Assembly: GCA_013360745.1 (NCBI GenBank) | Contig: JABWBA010000001.1 | Location: forward strand, 64,946-128,945 | Source of the DNA: Chthonomonadales bacterium | GTDB lineage: Bacteria; Armatimonadota; Chthonomonadetes; Chthonomonadales; CAJBBX01 | Direction of reading: 5' to 3' | Length of the DNA stretch: 64,000 nt | In this document: piece after piece, positions 57,174-64,000 of the stretch | Numbering within the stretch: the first letter of the stretch is position 1 | How the letters are laid out: the number at the start of each line of letters is the position of its first letter | The notes under the pieces: model-generated | The model's input: the letters and a program-made list of their open reading frames with translations, nothing else | Told to the model about the DNA's origin: nothing | Databases searched by the model: none | Made by a program: the position numbers and the translations under genes

Positions 57174-58265
57174 ATGAACCAAACACCATCCATTGTCGAA
57201 CAAGTCCGAGAGGCCTTGCGTGTTGTAATCGATCCAGATCTGCATCGAGATATCGTCACCCTCGGCTTTGTCAAAGAGATCAACGTTGACAATGGGCATG
57301 CACGATTAACGATTGAGTTGACGACCCCTGCGTGTCCGGTTCGCGACGCGCTCAAGCTACAGGCCGAAGAGGCCGCTCTCGGAGTTCCCGGAATCGCCAC
57401 GGTTGAAATCGAAATGACGGCTCGGGTACGAGTAACGGGCCCCCAGGGCTCCCTCGCTCCCGGGATCAAACACGTCGTTGCCGTTGCAAGCGGAAAAGGC
57501 GGCGTGGGTAAGTCAACCGTGGCGGTAAACCTGGCCGTCGCGTTAGCTCAGACCGGAGCCGCAGTCGGCCTGCTCGACGCCGATATTTACGGCCCCACGG
57601 TCCCTCTCCTTATGGGCGCAGATGGCGAGCCGGAGATTGTCGATGAGCATATCGTTCCTTTGAACAGGCACGGGGTTCGGTTTATGTCCATGGGATTGTT
57701 CCTCGAGGCCGATCGAGCCGTGATCTGGCGCGGCCCGATGATCGGCAAGGCTCTCCAGCAGTTTTTCGAGGATGTTACATGGGGCGAACTGGACTACCTG
57801 ATTGTCGATCTGCCTCCTGGAACAGGCGACGCGCCGATGTCCCTCGCACAGATGATCCCGATCACAGGTGTCGTCGTCGTGATGACGCCTCAGGAGGTTG
57901 CTCAGCAGATCGCGAATAAATCCATTCTGATGTTCCGGACACTGGAATCGAGTCTCGGCAGACCGCTGCCAATCCTGGGTGTCGTGGAGAACATGAGCGG
58001 TTTCGTCTGTCCATCCTGCGGCGTGGTCTCGTATCTGTTCGGAGAAGGGGGCGGTCGCCGCGCTGCGGAACGATTGGAGGTTCCGTTCTTGGGGGAAATC
58101 CCCATCGATCCCATGATCACCGCCGGAGGAGACAGGGGCGAGCCCGCTATCCTTGCGGAACCCGAATCCGCGCAGGCGCTCGCGTTTCGCTCGATCGCTG
58201 GACTGGTGGCGGCACGAATCAGCGCACTCACCATGAATGCCGAGGAACTTGATCCTGCGTCGTAG
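57174..58265 (+). CDS. apbC: Mrp/NBP35-family Fe-S cluster carrier ATPase with N-terminal DUF59 domain
   Basis: The DUF59 domain reads VREALRVVIDPDLHRDIVTLGFV. It also has the deviant Walker A SGKGGVGKST and the CPSCG cluster-binding motif. Confidence 0.9.
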   Translation: MNQTPSIVEQVREALRVVIDPDLHRDIVTLGFVKEINVDNGHARLTIELTTPACPVRDALKLQAEEAALGVPGIATVEIEMTARVRVTGPQGSLAPGIKHVVAVASGKGGVGKSTVAVNLAVALAQTGAAVGLLDADIYGPTVPLLMGADGEPEIVDEHIVPLNRHGVRFMSMGLFLEADRAVIWRGPMIGKALQQFFEDVTWGELDYLIVDLPPGTGDAPMSLAQMIPITGVVVVMTPQEVAQQIANKSILMFRTLESSLGRPLPILGVVENMSGFVCPSCGVVSYLFGEGGGRRAAERLEVPFLGEIPIDPMITAGGDRGEPAILAEPESAQALAFRSIAGLVAARISALTMNAEELDPAS

Positions 58266-58316
58266 AGCATGTAGAATCACTCCATAGGGCATGGTAACGC
58301 CCGAAAGGAGGCTGGG

Positions 58317-59285
58317 ATGAAGCCTGAACATCGATATCGGTTCTGGCCCGTCGCAGCGCTTGCACTGTTCATTCCGACGCAACTGCAAGCAGGCGAGAAG
58401 CCGAGGCCCATTTCACTATCACCCGGTTCGCGGATTGCCGTCGTTGCCATGGATTCCAGAGGCGGGGCGCAGGTGGATGGTGTTGTGGCCGATATGCTGA
58501 CCACTATGTTGAGACGGAATGGCTGGCGAGTCCTCGAACGGCTCGAGTTGAATCACATCGTGCGCGAACACGATCTCGCTCGAGACGGCGTCATCGATCC
58601 CGATACGGCTAGCGAGGCGGGTAAGGTCCTCGGGGCGCAGTATATCCTGGGCGCCCGCGCGACGGAGTTCGGTGTACGGGAGTCCCGCCACGGCGGATTA
58701 TTCGGGCTCGGCCCATTTGCAGGTCTGCAACTCCGTACGACGACGGGACGCGTTGTCCTAGACGCCAGGATCATCGATGTGCGGACTGGCGAAGTGTTGA
58801 CCACCGCGACCGGTGAAGGGAAAATCGTCAACCATGGCGGCACTCTGGTCGGCGGTTCATGGGTGGGAGGCTCGATCTCGCTGGGCGGCGTCGACATCAA
58901 CAGCAAAGAATGGTCCGAGAGTCTTCTCGGGCGGGCGGCCCGCAAAGCGGTGGATGTCGTACTGGGTCGCCTACTGGACGTTCAGACTGTGCCCGGCGCC
59001 CGAGTCCTGGCTGTTGCGGAGAACGGCGACGTGGTGCTTGGACTGGGGCGGAACGATGGGGTCCGCCCGGGTGACAGGATCGAACTCCTCTCCATCGACG
59101 CCATTCGAGATGCTGCAGGCGCTCCGGTATGGACTGAGGAGAGCGTAATCGGATTGCTGGAGGTTACAGAAGTGAGGTCGGATCGGTCCAAAGCTCGCGT
59201 CGTCGACGGACGAAGCCCGACGGAAGGTGACACCGTCCGACGTCAGACGAAGTCTGGCCCTTCGAAAACGCGCACCTATGGCTAG
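58317..59285 (+). CDS. CsgG-like secreted/periplasmic protein with C-terminal beta domain
   Basis: It has a signal peptide. The core IAVVAMDSRGG...VADMLTTMLRRNGWRVLERLELNHIVREHDL...GAQYILGARATEFG resembles the CsgG/HfaB family consensus, from memory. Confidence 0.6.
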   Translation: MKPEHRYRFWPVAALALFIPTQLQAGEKPRPISLSPGSRIAVVAMDSRGGAQVDGVVADMLTTMLRRNGWRVLERLELNHIVREHDLARDGVIDPDTASEAGKVLGAQYILGARATEFGVRESRHGGLFGLGPFAGLQLRTTTGRVVLDARIIDVRTGEVLTTATGEGKIVNHGGTLVGGSWVGGSISLGGVDINSKEWSESLLGRAARKAVDVVLGRLLDVQTVPGARVLAVAENGDVVLGLGRNDGVRPGDRIELLSIDAIRDAAGAPVWTEESVIGLLEVTEVRSDRSKARVVDGRSPTEGDTVRRQTKSGPSKTRTYG

Positions 59286-59289
59286 ACGC

Positions 59290-60132
59290 ATGATCGGCGC
59301 GCATATGCCGACCGCAGGCGGTCTTAGCACAGCGATCGCTGGCGGCGCCGCAATCGGCTGCACCGCGGTGCAGCTCTTCACGGCAAACCCGAAGCAGTGG
59401 CGCCATCCTCCGCTCGCTGATGAAGAGATCGCTGCGTTCCGCGCCGCAGTCGACGAGACAGGCATCCCGTTCACCTGCGCCCATGATTCGTATCTGATCA
59501 ATCTCGCCGCACCGGATGATCGTATTCTACAGACATCGATCAGCGCGTTTCGCCGCGAACTGGAGCGCGCCGATGCTCTGCGTATTCCATGGGTTGTGAC
59601 ACACATGGGCGCCCACTTGAATACGGGCGAGGAGGCGGGCCTGCTACGCCTCAGCGAATCGATTGCTCATCTCCTCGTGGAGACGGACCAGCTTTCCGCG
59701 GGTATCGCGCTGGAGACCACTGCAGGGCAGGGTACCGGTCTGGGCTATAGGTTCGAACAGATTGGGGATGTGATGCGGAACGTGGGCCCACACCCAAGGC
59801 TCGGAGTGTGTCTCGATACCTGCCATGTGTTCGTCGCCGGCTATGATCTTACGACCGAAGACGGCTACCGCGACATGTGGGCGCGATTTGATGACGCTAT
59901 CGGCCTGCAACAGCTCAAGATAATCCATTGCAATGACGCCAAGAAGCCGCTCGGAAGTCGCGTCGATCGCCACGAGCATATCGGACAAGGCGCCATCGGT
60001 CTCGAACCCTTTCGACGATTGGTGCGAGATCCTGCGTTGGCGGCCGTGCCTATGATCGTCGAAACGCCGGAAGCCGACGCCATGCATGTCGAAAACGTTC
60101 GACGCCTGTGGGAGATGGCACAAGAGGGTTGA
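59290..60132 (+). CDS. nfo: deoxyribonuclease IV (endonuclease IV)
   Basis: It contains IGAHMPTAGGL, THMG, IALETTAGQG, VCLDTCH and IHCNDAK...DRHEHIGQG. The start is 59290 or 59278. Confidence 0.9.
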   Translation: MIGAHMPTAGGLSTAIAGGAAIGCTAVQLFTANPKQWRHPPLADEEIAAFRAAVDETGIPFTCAHDSYLINLAAPDDRILQTSISAFRRELERADALRIPWVVTHMGAHLNTGEEAGLLRLSESIAHLLVETDQLSAGIALETTAGQGTGLGYRFEQIGDVMRNVGPHPRLGVCLDTCHVFVAGYDLTTEDGYRDMWARFDDAIGLQQLKIIHCNDAKKPLGSRVDRHEHIGQGAIGLEPFRRLVRDPALAAVPMIVETPEADAMHVENVRRLWEMAQEG

Positions 60133-60136
60133 TCCG

Positions 60137-60628
60137 ATGCGAGCCCTCGGTATCCTCCTCGGCATCGCGATCGCCGTTGGGCTAGCGTACTTATTGGTCC
60201 AGCGGGCGGGGACTACTTCATCCCGGCCTGAGCTCCAATCAACCGGTGGCAAGTCACCCGCTCGTCCACGGAGCAACGCCGGCCGGGCGCTTCCCCCTCC
60301 GTTGTCAGAGGAGGAGAAAGAACGGGATCGGTATCAGGAGGCCCGAACACCGTTGTTCGCCCGGTTGCGGGCGCGCTATACGGACTCGACCGCGCGTTTT
60401 CGCGTAGGCGATCGTCTCGACACCCTGGAGATCCTGATAGACACGCGTCCAACATCGCCCGAGCTTAATCGATTGATGGAAGAAGCGCTTGCCGAGCAAC
60501 CCGGTGGATACGGATTTCGGCACATTCAAATCGCGCTGTCGGCGACGCCGGGTTCGGGAGCGCCGGATGAGCTGCTTGCCGAGGTAACCATGAGTGAAGA
60601 CGGTCGTTGGATTACATTTCTTCGGTGA
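60137..60628 (+). CDS. hypothetical membrane-anchored protein
   Basis: It has a single N-terminal TM helix (MRALGILLGIAIAVGLAYLLV) followed by a Pro/Arg-rich linker and a small globular tail. I recognise no family. Confidence 0.45.
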   Translation: MRALGILLGIAIAVGLAYLLVQRAGTTSSRPELQSTGGKSPARPRSNAGRALPPPLSEEEKERDRYQEARTPLFARLRARYTDSTARFRVGDRLDTLEILIDTRPTSPELNRLMEEALAEQPGGYGFRHIQIALSATPGSGAPDELLAEVTMSEDGRWITFLR

Positions 60629-61754
60629 GGAGCCATGTGCCATCGGACCCGATTCGGTATGTCGGAGGCAGAGGAGCAGGGCGATCGGCCGTACAGGTGA
60701 TCGCATGGTGCATACCCGTCTTGGAGGAGATATCGGCGCCTGCCATCGCGTCCAGGACATGCCCTGCGAGCTGGCCAGATGCACGATGAGGGCGGTTCGC
60801 TTGGATCGCTTCCGCCATCTCCGCGACGCCCAGACCGCGGGCGTTTCCGAGAAAGTCGGCGATCGGCGCAACTACTCGCCATTCCGAGTCCCGTATAGAC
60901 CGGATCCGGACCTCGCCGCCGAAGCCGTTAGGATCCGGGACCAGCAGTGTACCCTCCGACCCGTAGACTTCGATCCTCGGTAACGTTGTATGCCAAACAT
61001 CGAAGCTCATTACCACGGAGGCGATTGCACCGGATTGGAAATCCAGTACAGAGCATATGTGTGTCGGCGTCTCTACGGCAATACGCTGACCTGCCAGAGG
61101 GTTGCTGGTGATGGTTCGGCTCGGAAAGGTTGCGCGGGATATGCCCGTTACTCGCTTGATCGGCCCCAATAGGTTCACCAGCGCCGTGAGATAGTAGGGG
61201 CCCATGTCCATCATGGGACCGCCGCCAGCTTCGTAATAGAACGCCGGATTGGGATGCCAGCTCTCGTGGCCATGGCAGAGCATAAAGGCCGTGGCGCCGA
61301 CTGGCTCTCCGATATCGCCACGGTCGATCAACCTTCGACAGGTTTGGTGGCTTCCCCCGAGGAACGTGTCCGGCGCGCATCCGATTCGGAGCTCTCGATC
61401 ACGCGCTTGTTGGAGAACGGCAGCAGCAGCGTTGACATCTACGGCAAGGGGCTTCTCCGAGTAGACATGCTTACCCGACTGGACGGCGTTCGCTGAGATT
61501 GCGCTGTGGGCCTTGGGCACCGTTAGATTGATAACGAGGTCGATGTCCGGGCGCGAAAGAAGCTCATCGACCGACAAGGCCATCGGGAATCCGTAGCGTT
61601 CCCTCAGAGCGCGAGCGCGGTCCATATCGAGATCGGAGCATGCAAGCAACTGTACCCCGCTATAACGCGCCAGGTTTTCGCAATAGATGCCGCTGATGTT
61701 GCCGCACCCGATAATGCCGATCTTGAGCGTGGCCAAGGGGGCCTCCATGTCCAT
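60612..61754 (-). CDS. Gfo/Idh/MocA-family oxidoreductase
   Basis: It has the Rossmann motif LKIGIIGCGNISG, the EKPLA motif and a C-terminal alpha/beta domain. The start was trimmed to the ATG at 61754 or 61748. Confidence 0.85.
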   Translation of the reverse strand: MDMEAPLATLKIGIIGCGNISGIYCENLARYSGVQLLACSDLDMDRARALRERYGFPMALSVDELLSRPDIDLVINLTVPKAHSAISANAVQSGKHVYSEKPLAVDVNAAAAVLQQARDRELRIGCAPDTFLGGSHQTCRRLIDRGDIGEPVGATAFMLCHGHESWHPNPAFYYEAGGGPMMDMGPYYLTALVNLLGPIKRVTGISRATFPSRTITSNPLAGQRIAVETPTHICSVLDFQSGAIASVVMSFDVWHTTLPRIEVYGSEGTLLVPDPNGFGGEVRIRSIRDSEWRVVAPIADFLGNARGLGVAEMAEAIQANRPHRASGQLAGHVLDAMAGADISSKTGMHHAITCTADRPAPLPPTYRIGSDGTWLLTEEM

Positions 61755-61871
61755 GAGATACTGCTTGTCGATTGTAGCACGCGTCACACAAGGACGATCG
61801 TGACGTATCATATAGTCAATACCCGGTGGCGGTTGAGAGCCGTCAATCGTCGCCTCGGAAAGGGCCATCTT

Positions 61872-63281
61872 ATGAGCGATGTAATACGTAACGGCCGGCG
61901 ATATGCGGCGATCCTGGGCGCGGTCGTCGGAGCCATATTAACCGGTTGCGGCGGCGGCTCCGTACCCGGGACGGATCTCGCGGGTTTGGTCACCGATGTG
62001 GACGGCAAGCCCGTCGCCGGAGCCCGGGTAACCACATCGACACAGTCGACAACCTCGATGACGAATGGTTCGTTTACGTTGACGGGCCTACCCCAGGGTA
62101 ATCGGATGGTGTCCGCATCCATCTCCATACAGGGTCGTACCTGGAATGGAGAGACGATGGTCGATATCGCCGGTGGTGAAAAGAACCGGAGTGTGAATAT
62201 CGTTGTCTCGGACGCTCGGTACCAGGCGAGGCTTCGAGGTTACGTCGTCGGACCTGGAGGCTTCGGTCTTGAGGGCGCCAAAGTGTTTATCGGCGGCCCG
62301 TGGGGTTCAACACTTGCAGTATCGGGCTCCGACGGAGCCTATGAGGCTCGCCGCCTGACGCCGGGTGTGACCTATACAGTCACCTGCTCTCTGGCGGGAT
62401 ATTTGAACGACACGAGGACGGTGCACCTTGCGGCTAACGATGTTCGGGATCTTACCTTCGCTCTCACCCATGGCTCAGCCTCGGGGCCGATACCTGCCCC
62501 AGAGGATCCTGCCGCGCAGGCCTGGACCATTGCGGACACCATCACACGGAGCCCTGGCAACGATCATGGATATCTGGAATGGCTGAAACGCCAGTTCCGA
62601 AAACGGCGAGGGCTCCCCGCGGCGCCAACGCGGAGCAAGATCGCGCCGACTCACGGATCACGGGCCACGCCAGTGGGCTCCTTGATCGAGGTCGATCTAT
62701 TCTGGGATTACCGCGAATGGGAGGACCTTCTCGGTTACGCGATCAAGCGGGGGACGAGCAATCCGCCGTCCTTTACCACAGCCGTCCTCCGGGATCCTCT
62801 CGCAGCCTCCTTTTTCGATATGGATCCGACGCTAACGCCGGATGTAGTCTATTACTACACGATACATAGCCTGGACACGATAACGTTTCCCGTGAACGGG
62901 TCTCTGGGACCTGCGAGCGAGGTCGTCTGGGCCCAGCCTCTCGGTCCGATCCAGGCTACAGCTCCGGGGCGTGATGATCTCGTGGTCGGTGATCCCCGGT
63001 TTATGTGGACGGGTGTGACCGGCGCCAAGCACTATCAGGTGATCGTATGGGATCGTTTCCCAGATCTGCAAAACTCCGATGATCCAGCGGGCGCTGCGCC
63101 GATCTGGCCGTACGACCTGGGCAATCCGGGCGACAGTCGGGTTGCCGCCCCCCAGACGTCACTTCGGTATAACGGCCCATACCTCCAACCGGGCAAGGTC
63201 TACTACTGGCTCGTCGTGGCCTCGGATGATGGCGAATACGCCGTCTCGGTCTCGCACTTAATGAAGTTCAACGCTCGATAA
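61872..63281 (+). CDS. lipoprotein with two carboxypeptidase-regulatory-like (CarboxypepD_reg) domains
   Basis: It has a signal peptide with the lipobox ILTGC. Two GxVxDxxGxPVxGAxV-type beta-sandwich segments are present (GLVTDVDGKPVAGARVT; LRGYVVGPGGFGLEGAKVF). Confidence 0.7.
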   Translation: MSDVIRNGRRYAAILGAVVGAILTGCGGGSVPGTDLAGLVTDVDGKPVAGARVTTSTQSTTSMTNGSFTLTGLPQGNRMVSASISIQGRTWNGETMVDIAGGEKNRSVNIVVSDARYQARLRGYVVGPGGFGLEGAKVFIGGPWGSTLAVSGSDGAYEARRLTPGVTYTVTCSLAGYLNDTRTVHLAANDVRDLTFALTHGSASGPIPAPEDPAAQAWTIADTITRSPGNDHGYLEWLKRQFRKRRGLPAAPTRSKIAPTHGSRATPVGSLIEVDLFWDYREWEDLLGYAIKRGTSNPPSFTTAVLRDPLAASFFDMDPTLTPDVVYYYTIHSLDTITFPVNGSLGPASEVVWAQPLGPIQATAPGRDDLVVGDPRFMWTGVTGAKHYQVIVWDRFPDLQNSDDPAGAAPIWPYDLGNPGDSRVAAPQTSLRYNGPYLQPGKVYYWLVVASDDGEYAVSVSHLMKFNAR

Positions 63282-63309
63282 TCAGCGACAGCGAAGCCTG
63301 CTAAGGAAT

Positions 63310-63342
63310 CCGGGCAGCGGTTGCCCGCTGCCCGGTCTTCTT
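63310..63342. terminator. perfect 11-bp GC hairpin, likely bidirectional terminator
   Basis: The sequence is CCGGGCAGCGG-ttgc-CCGCTGCCCGG followed by TCTTCTT on the plus strand, 29 nt after the lipoprotein stop. Confidence 0.55.
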
Positions 63343-63460
63343 GAGGAACGGCAAGGGGTCGCCGTTCATGACCCGAAGGCTAAAACAGCGTTAGCCCTCG
63401 CCGCACCTCCGTTGACTATCATCCATCCTTAGTCACCACCCCCTTTCCTAGTCTGCTGTC

Positions 63461-63489
63461 ATTATCGTACGAACAGACGCGGATGTCAA
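63461..63489 (-). promoter_or_regulatory. orphan near-consensus sigma70 promoter (TTGACA-17-GATAAT) in a convergent intergenic gap
   Basis: The minus strand reads TTGACA tccgcgtctgttcgtac GATAAT. It begins 24 nt after the ABC-F stop and points toward the 63310-63335 hairpin. Confidence 0.5.
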
Positions 63490-63512
63490 GAGGTAGGCGA
63501 TCAGGGCTCCTG

Positions 63513-64000
63513 TCAAGTATCCAATCCCAGCCGTTGTGCGGTGGTCATCGCACCTTCCCAGTCCGTCATCGCCCTTGCCAGCTCCTTCTGGGCTTCGCCG
63601 TGCTCATAGGCAAGCTTGACGATATCGTCTGCCGGCGTGGGATTCGATAGGCACTCTTCAATACGGCGAATGAAATCTTCGATTTCCGCCACCCTGGCCT
63701 CGGAATCCTGTACGGCCCGTTGAGCTTTACGCCTTGCTCTGGATAGCTCAAACGAGTTGCGCGGTGTATGGTCGGAAGCGGTGGCAACTTCTTCCGCACG
63801 TCGAACAGGCGGCGTGATCGTCTTACGTTTTTGACGGTAGTCGCTGTAACTGCCGTCAAAGAGGGTGGCGTTGCCATCGGCGATTTCGAGTGTCATGAGG
63901 GTCGTCTGATCCAGCAGATGCCTATCGTGGGACGCCACGATCAACGTGCCTGTGTAGGCCTGGAGCGCATGGACCAGCGCCTCTCTGGCCGCGATATCCA
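63513..64000 (-). CDS. ABC-F family ATPase, C-terminal part (5' end outside window)
   Basis: The frame stays open to the window edge. It reads ...REALVHALQAYTGTLIVASHDRHLLD (D-loop/H-loop of the second ABC domain), followed by a C-terminal coiled-coil tail. Confidence 0.8.
   Translation of the reverse strand, partial: DIAAREALVHALQAYTGTLIVASHDRHLLDQTTLMTLEIADGNATLFDGSYSDYRQKRKTITPPVRRAEEVATASDHTPRNSFELSRARRKAQRAVQDSEARVAEIEDFIRRIEECLSNPTPADDIVKLAYEHGEAQKELARAMTDWEGAMTTAQRLGLDT

Noticed and set aside
63395-63414. The minus strand reads CAACGGAGGUGCGGCGAGGG, which resembles the ACGAGGUGCGCC core of the guanidine-III riboswitch.
   Set aside because: There is no downstream complementary segment to form the required pseudoknot, and no gene follows it to regulate. 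It is kept only as part of the candidate sRNA.

Overview
This is a GC-rich bacterial chromosomal segment, packed almost end to end with housekeeping genes on both strands. I count about 60 protein genes, 2 tRNAs and 1 T-box leader. I see no rRNA, CRISPR array, transposase, integrase or phage genes.

Recognisable blocks:
- nadE(partial)-rSAM-pyrE
- ftsY/mnmE/pcrA on the minus strand
- lat-xseA-xseB
- gyrA, divergent from recG-coaD
- the canonical yceD-rpmF-plsX-fabH-fabD-fabG-acpP-fabF-rnc cluster, followed by mtnA-apt
- a three-subunit succinate dehydrogenase with a large single membrane anchor (mycobacterial Sdh1-like layout), followed by rqcH
- ahcY
- an aroF-tyrA-aroA operon
- T-box-controlled valS
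- rph, apbC and nfo

A DUF1559-type pseudopilin and an exported BNR/sortilin-like protein of more than 1000 aa suggest an Armatimonadetes/PVC-like lineage. That is inference only.

The organism uses readable sigma70-type promoters; I found several near-consensus TTGACA-17/18-TATAAT sites.

I did not find a convincing self-contained novel multi-gene system, and the window looks like core genome. The items most worth a second look are:
- a riboflavin-type reductase-deaminase fusion with inverted domain order and a fungal Rib2-like zinc motif
- an orphan consensus promoter plus hairpin-terminated unit of about 150 nt in a convergent intergenic gap (candidate sRNA)
- a three-gene cluster ending in a prokaryotic RING-finger-like multi-zinc protein
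- a degenerate DprA paralog
- the Sdh1-type membrane subunit, which carries Cys/His motifs

All homology calls come from reading the translated ORFs by eye. No searches were run.
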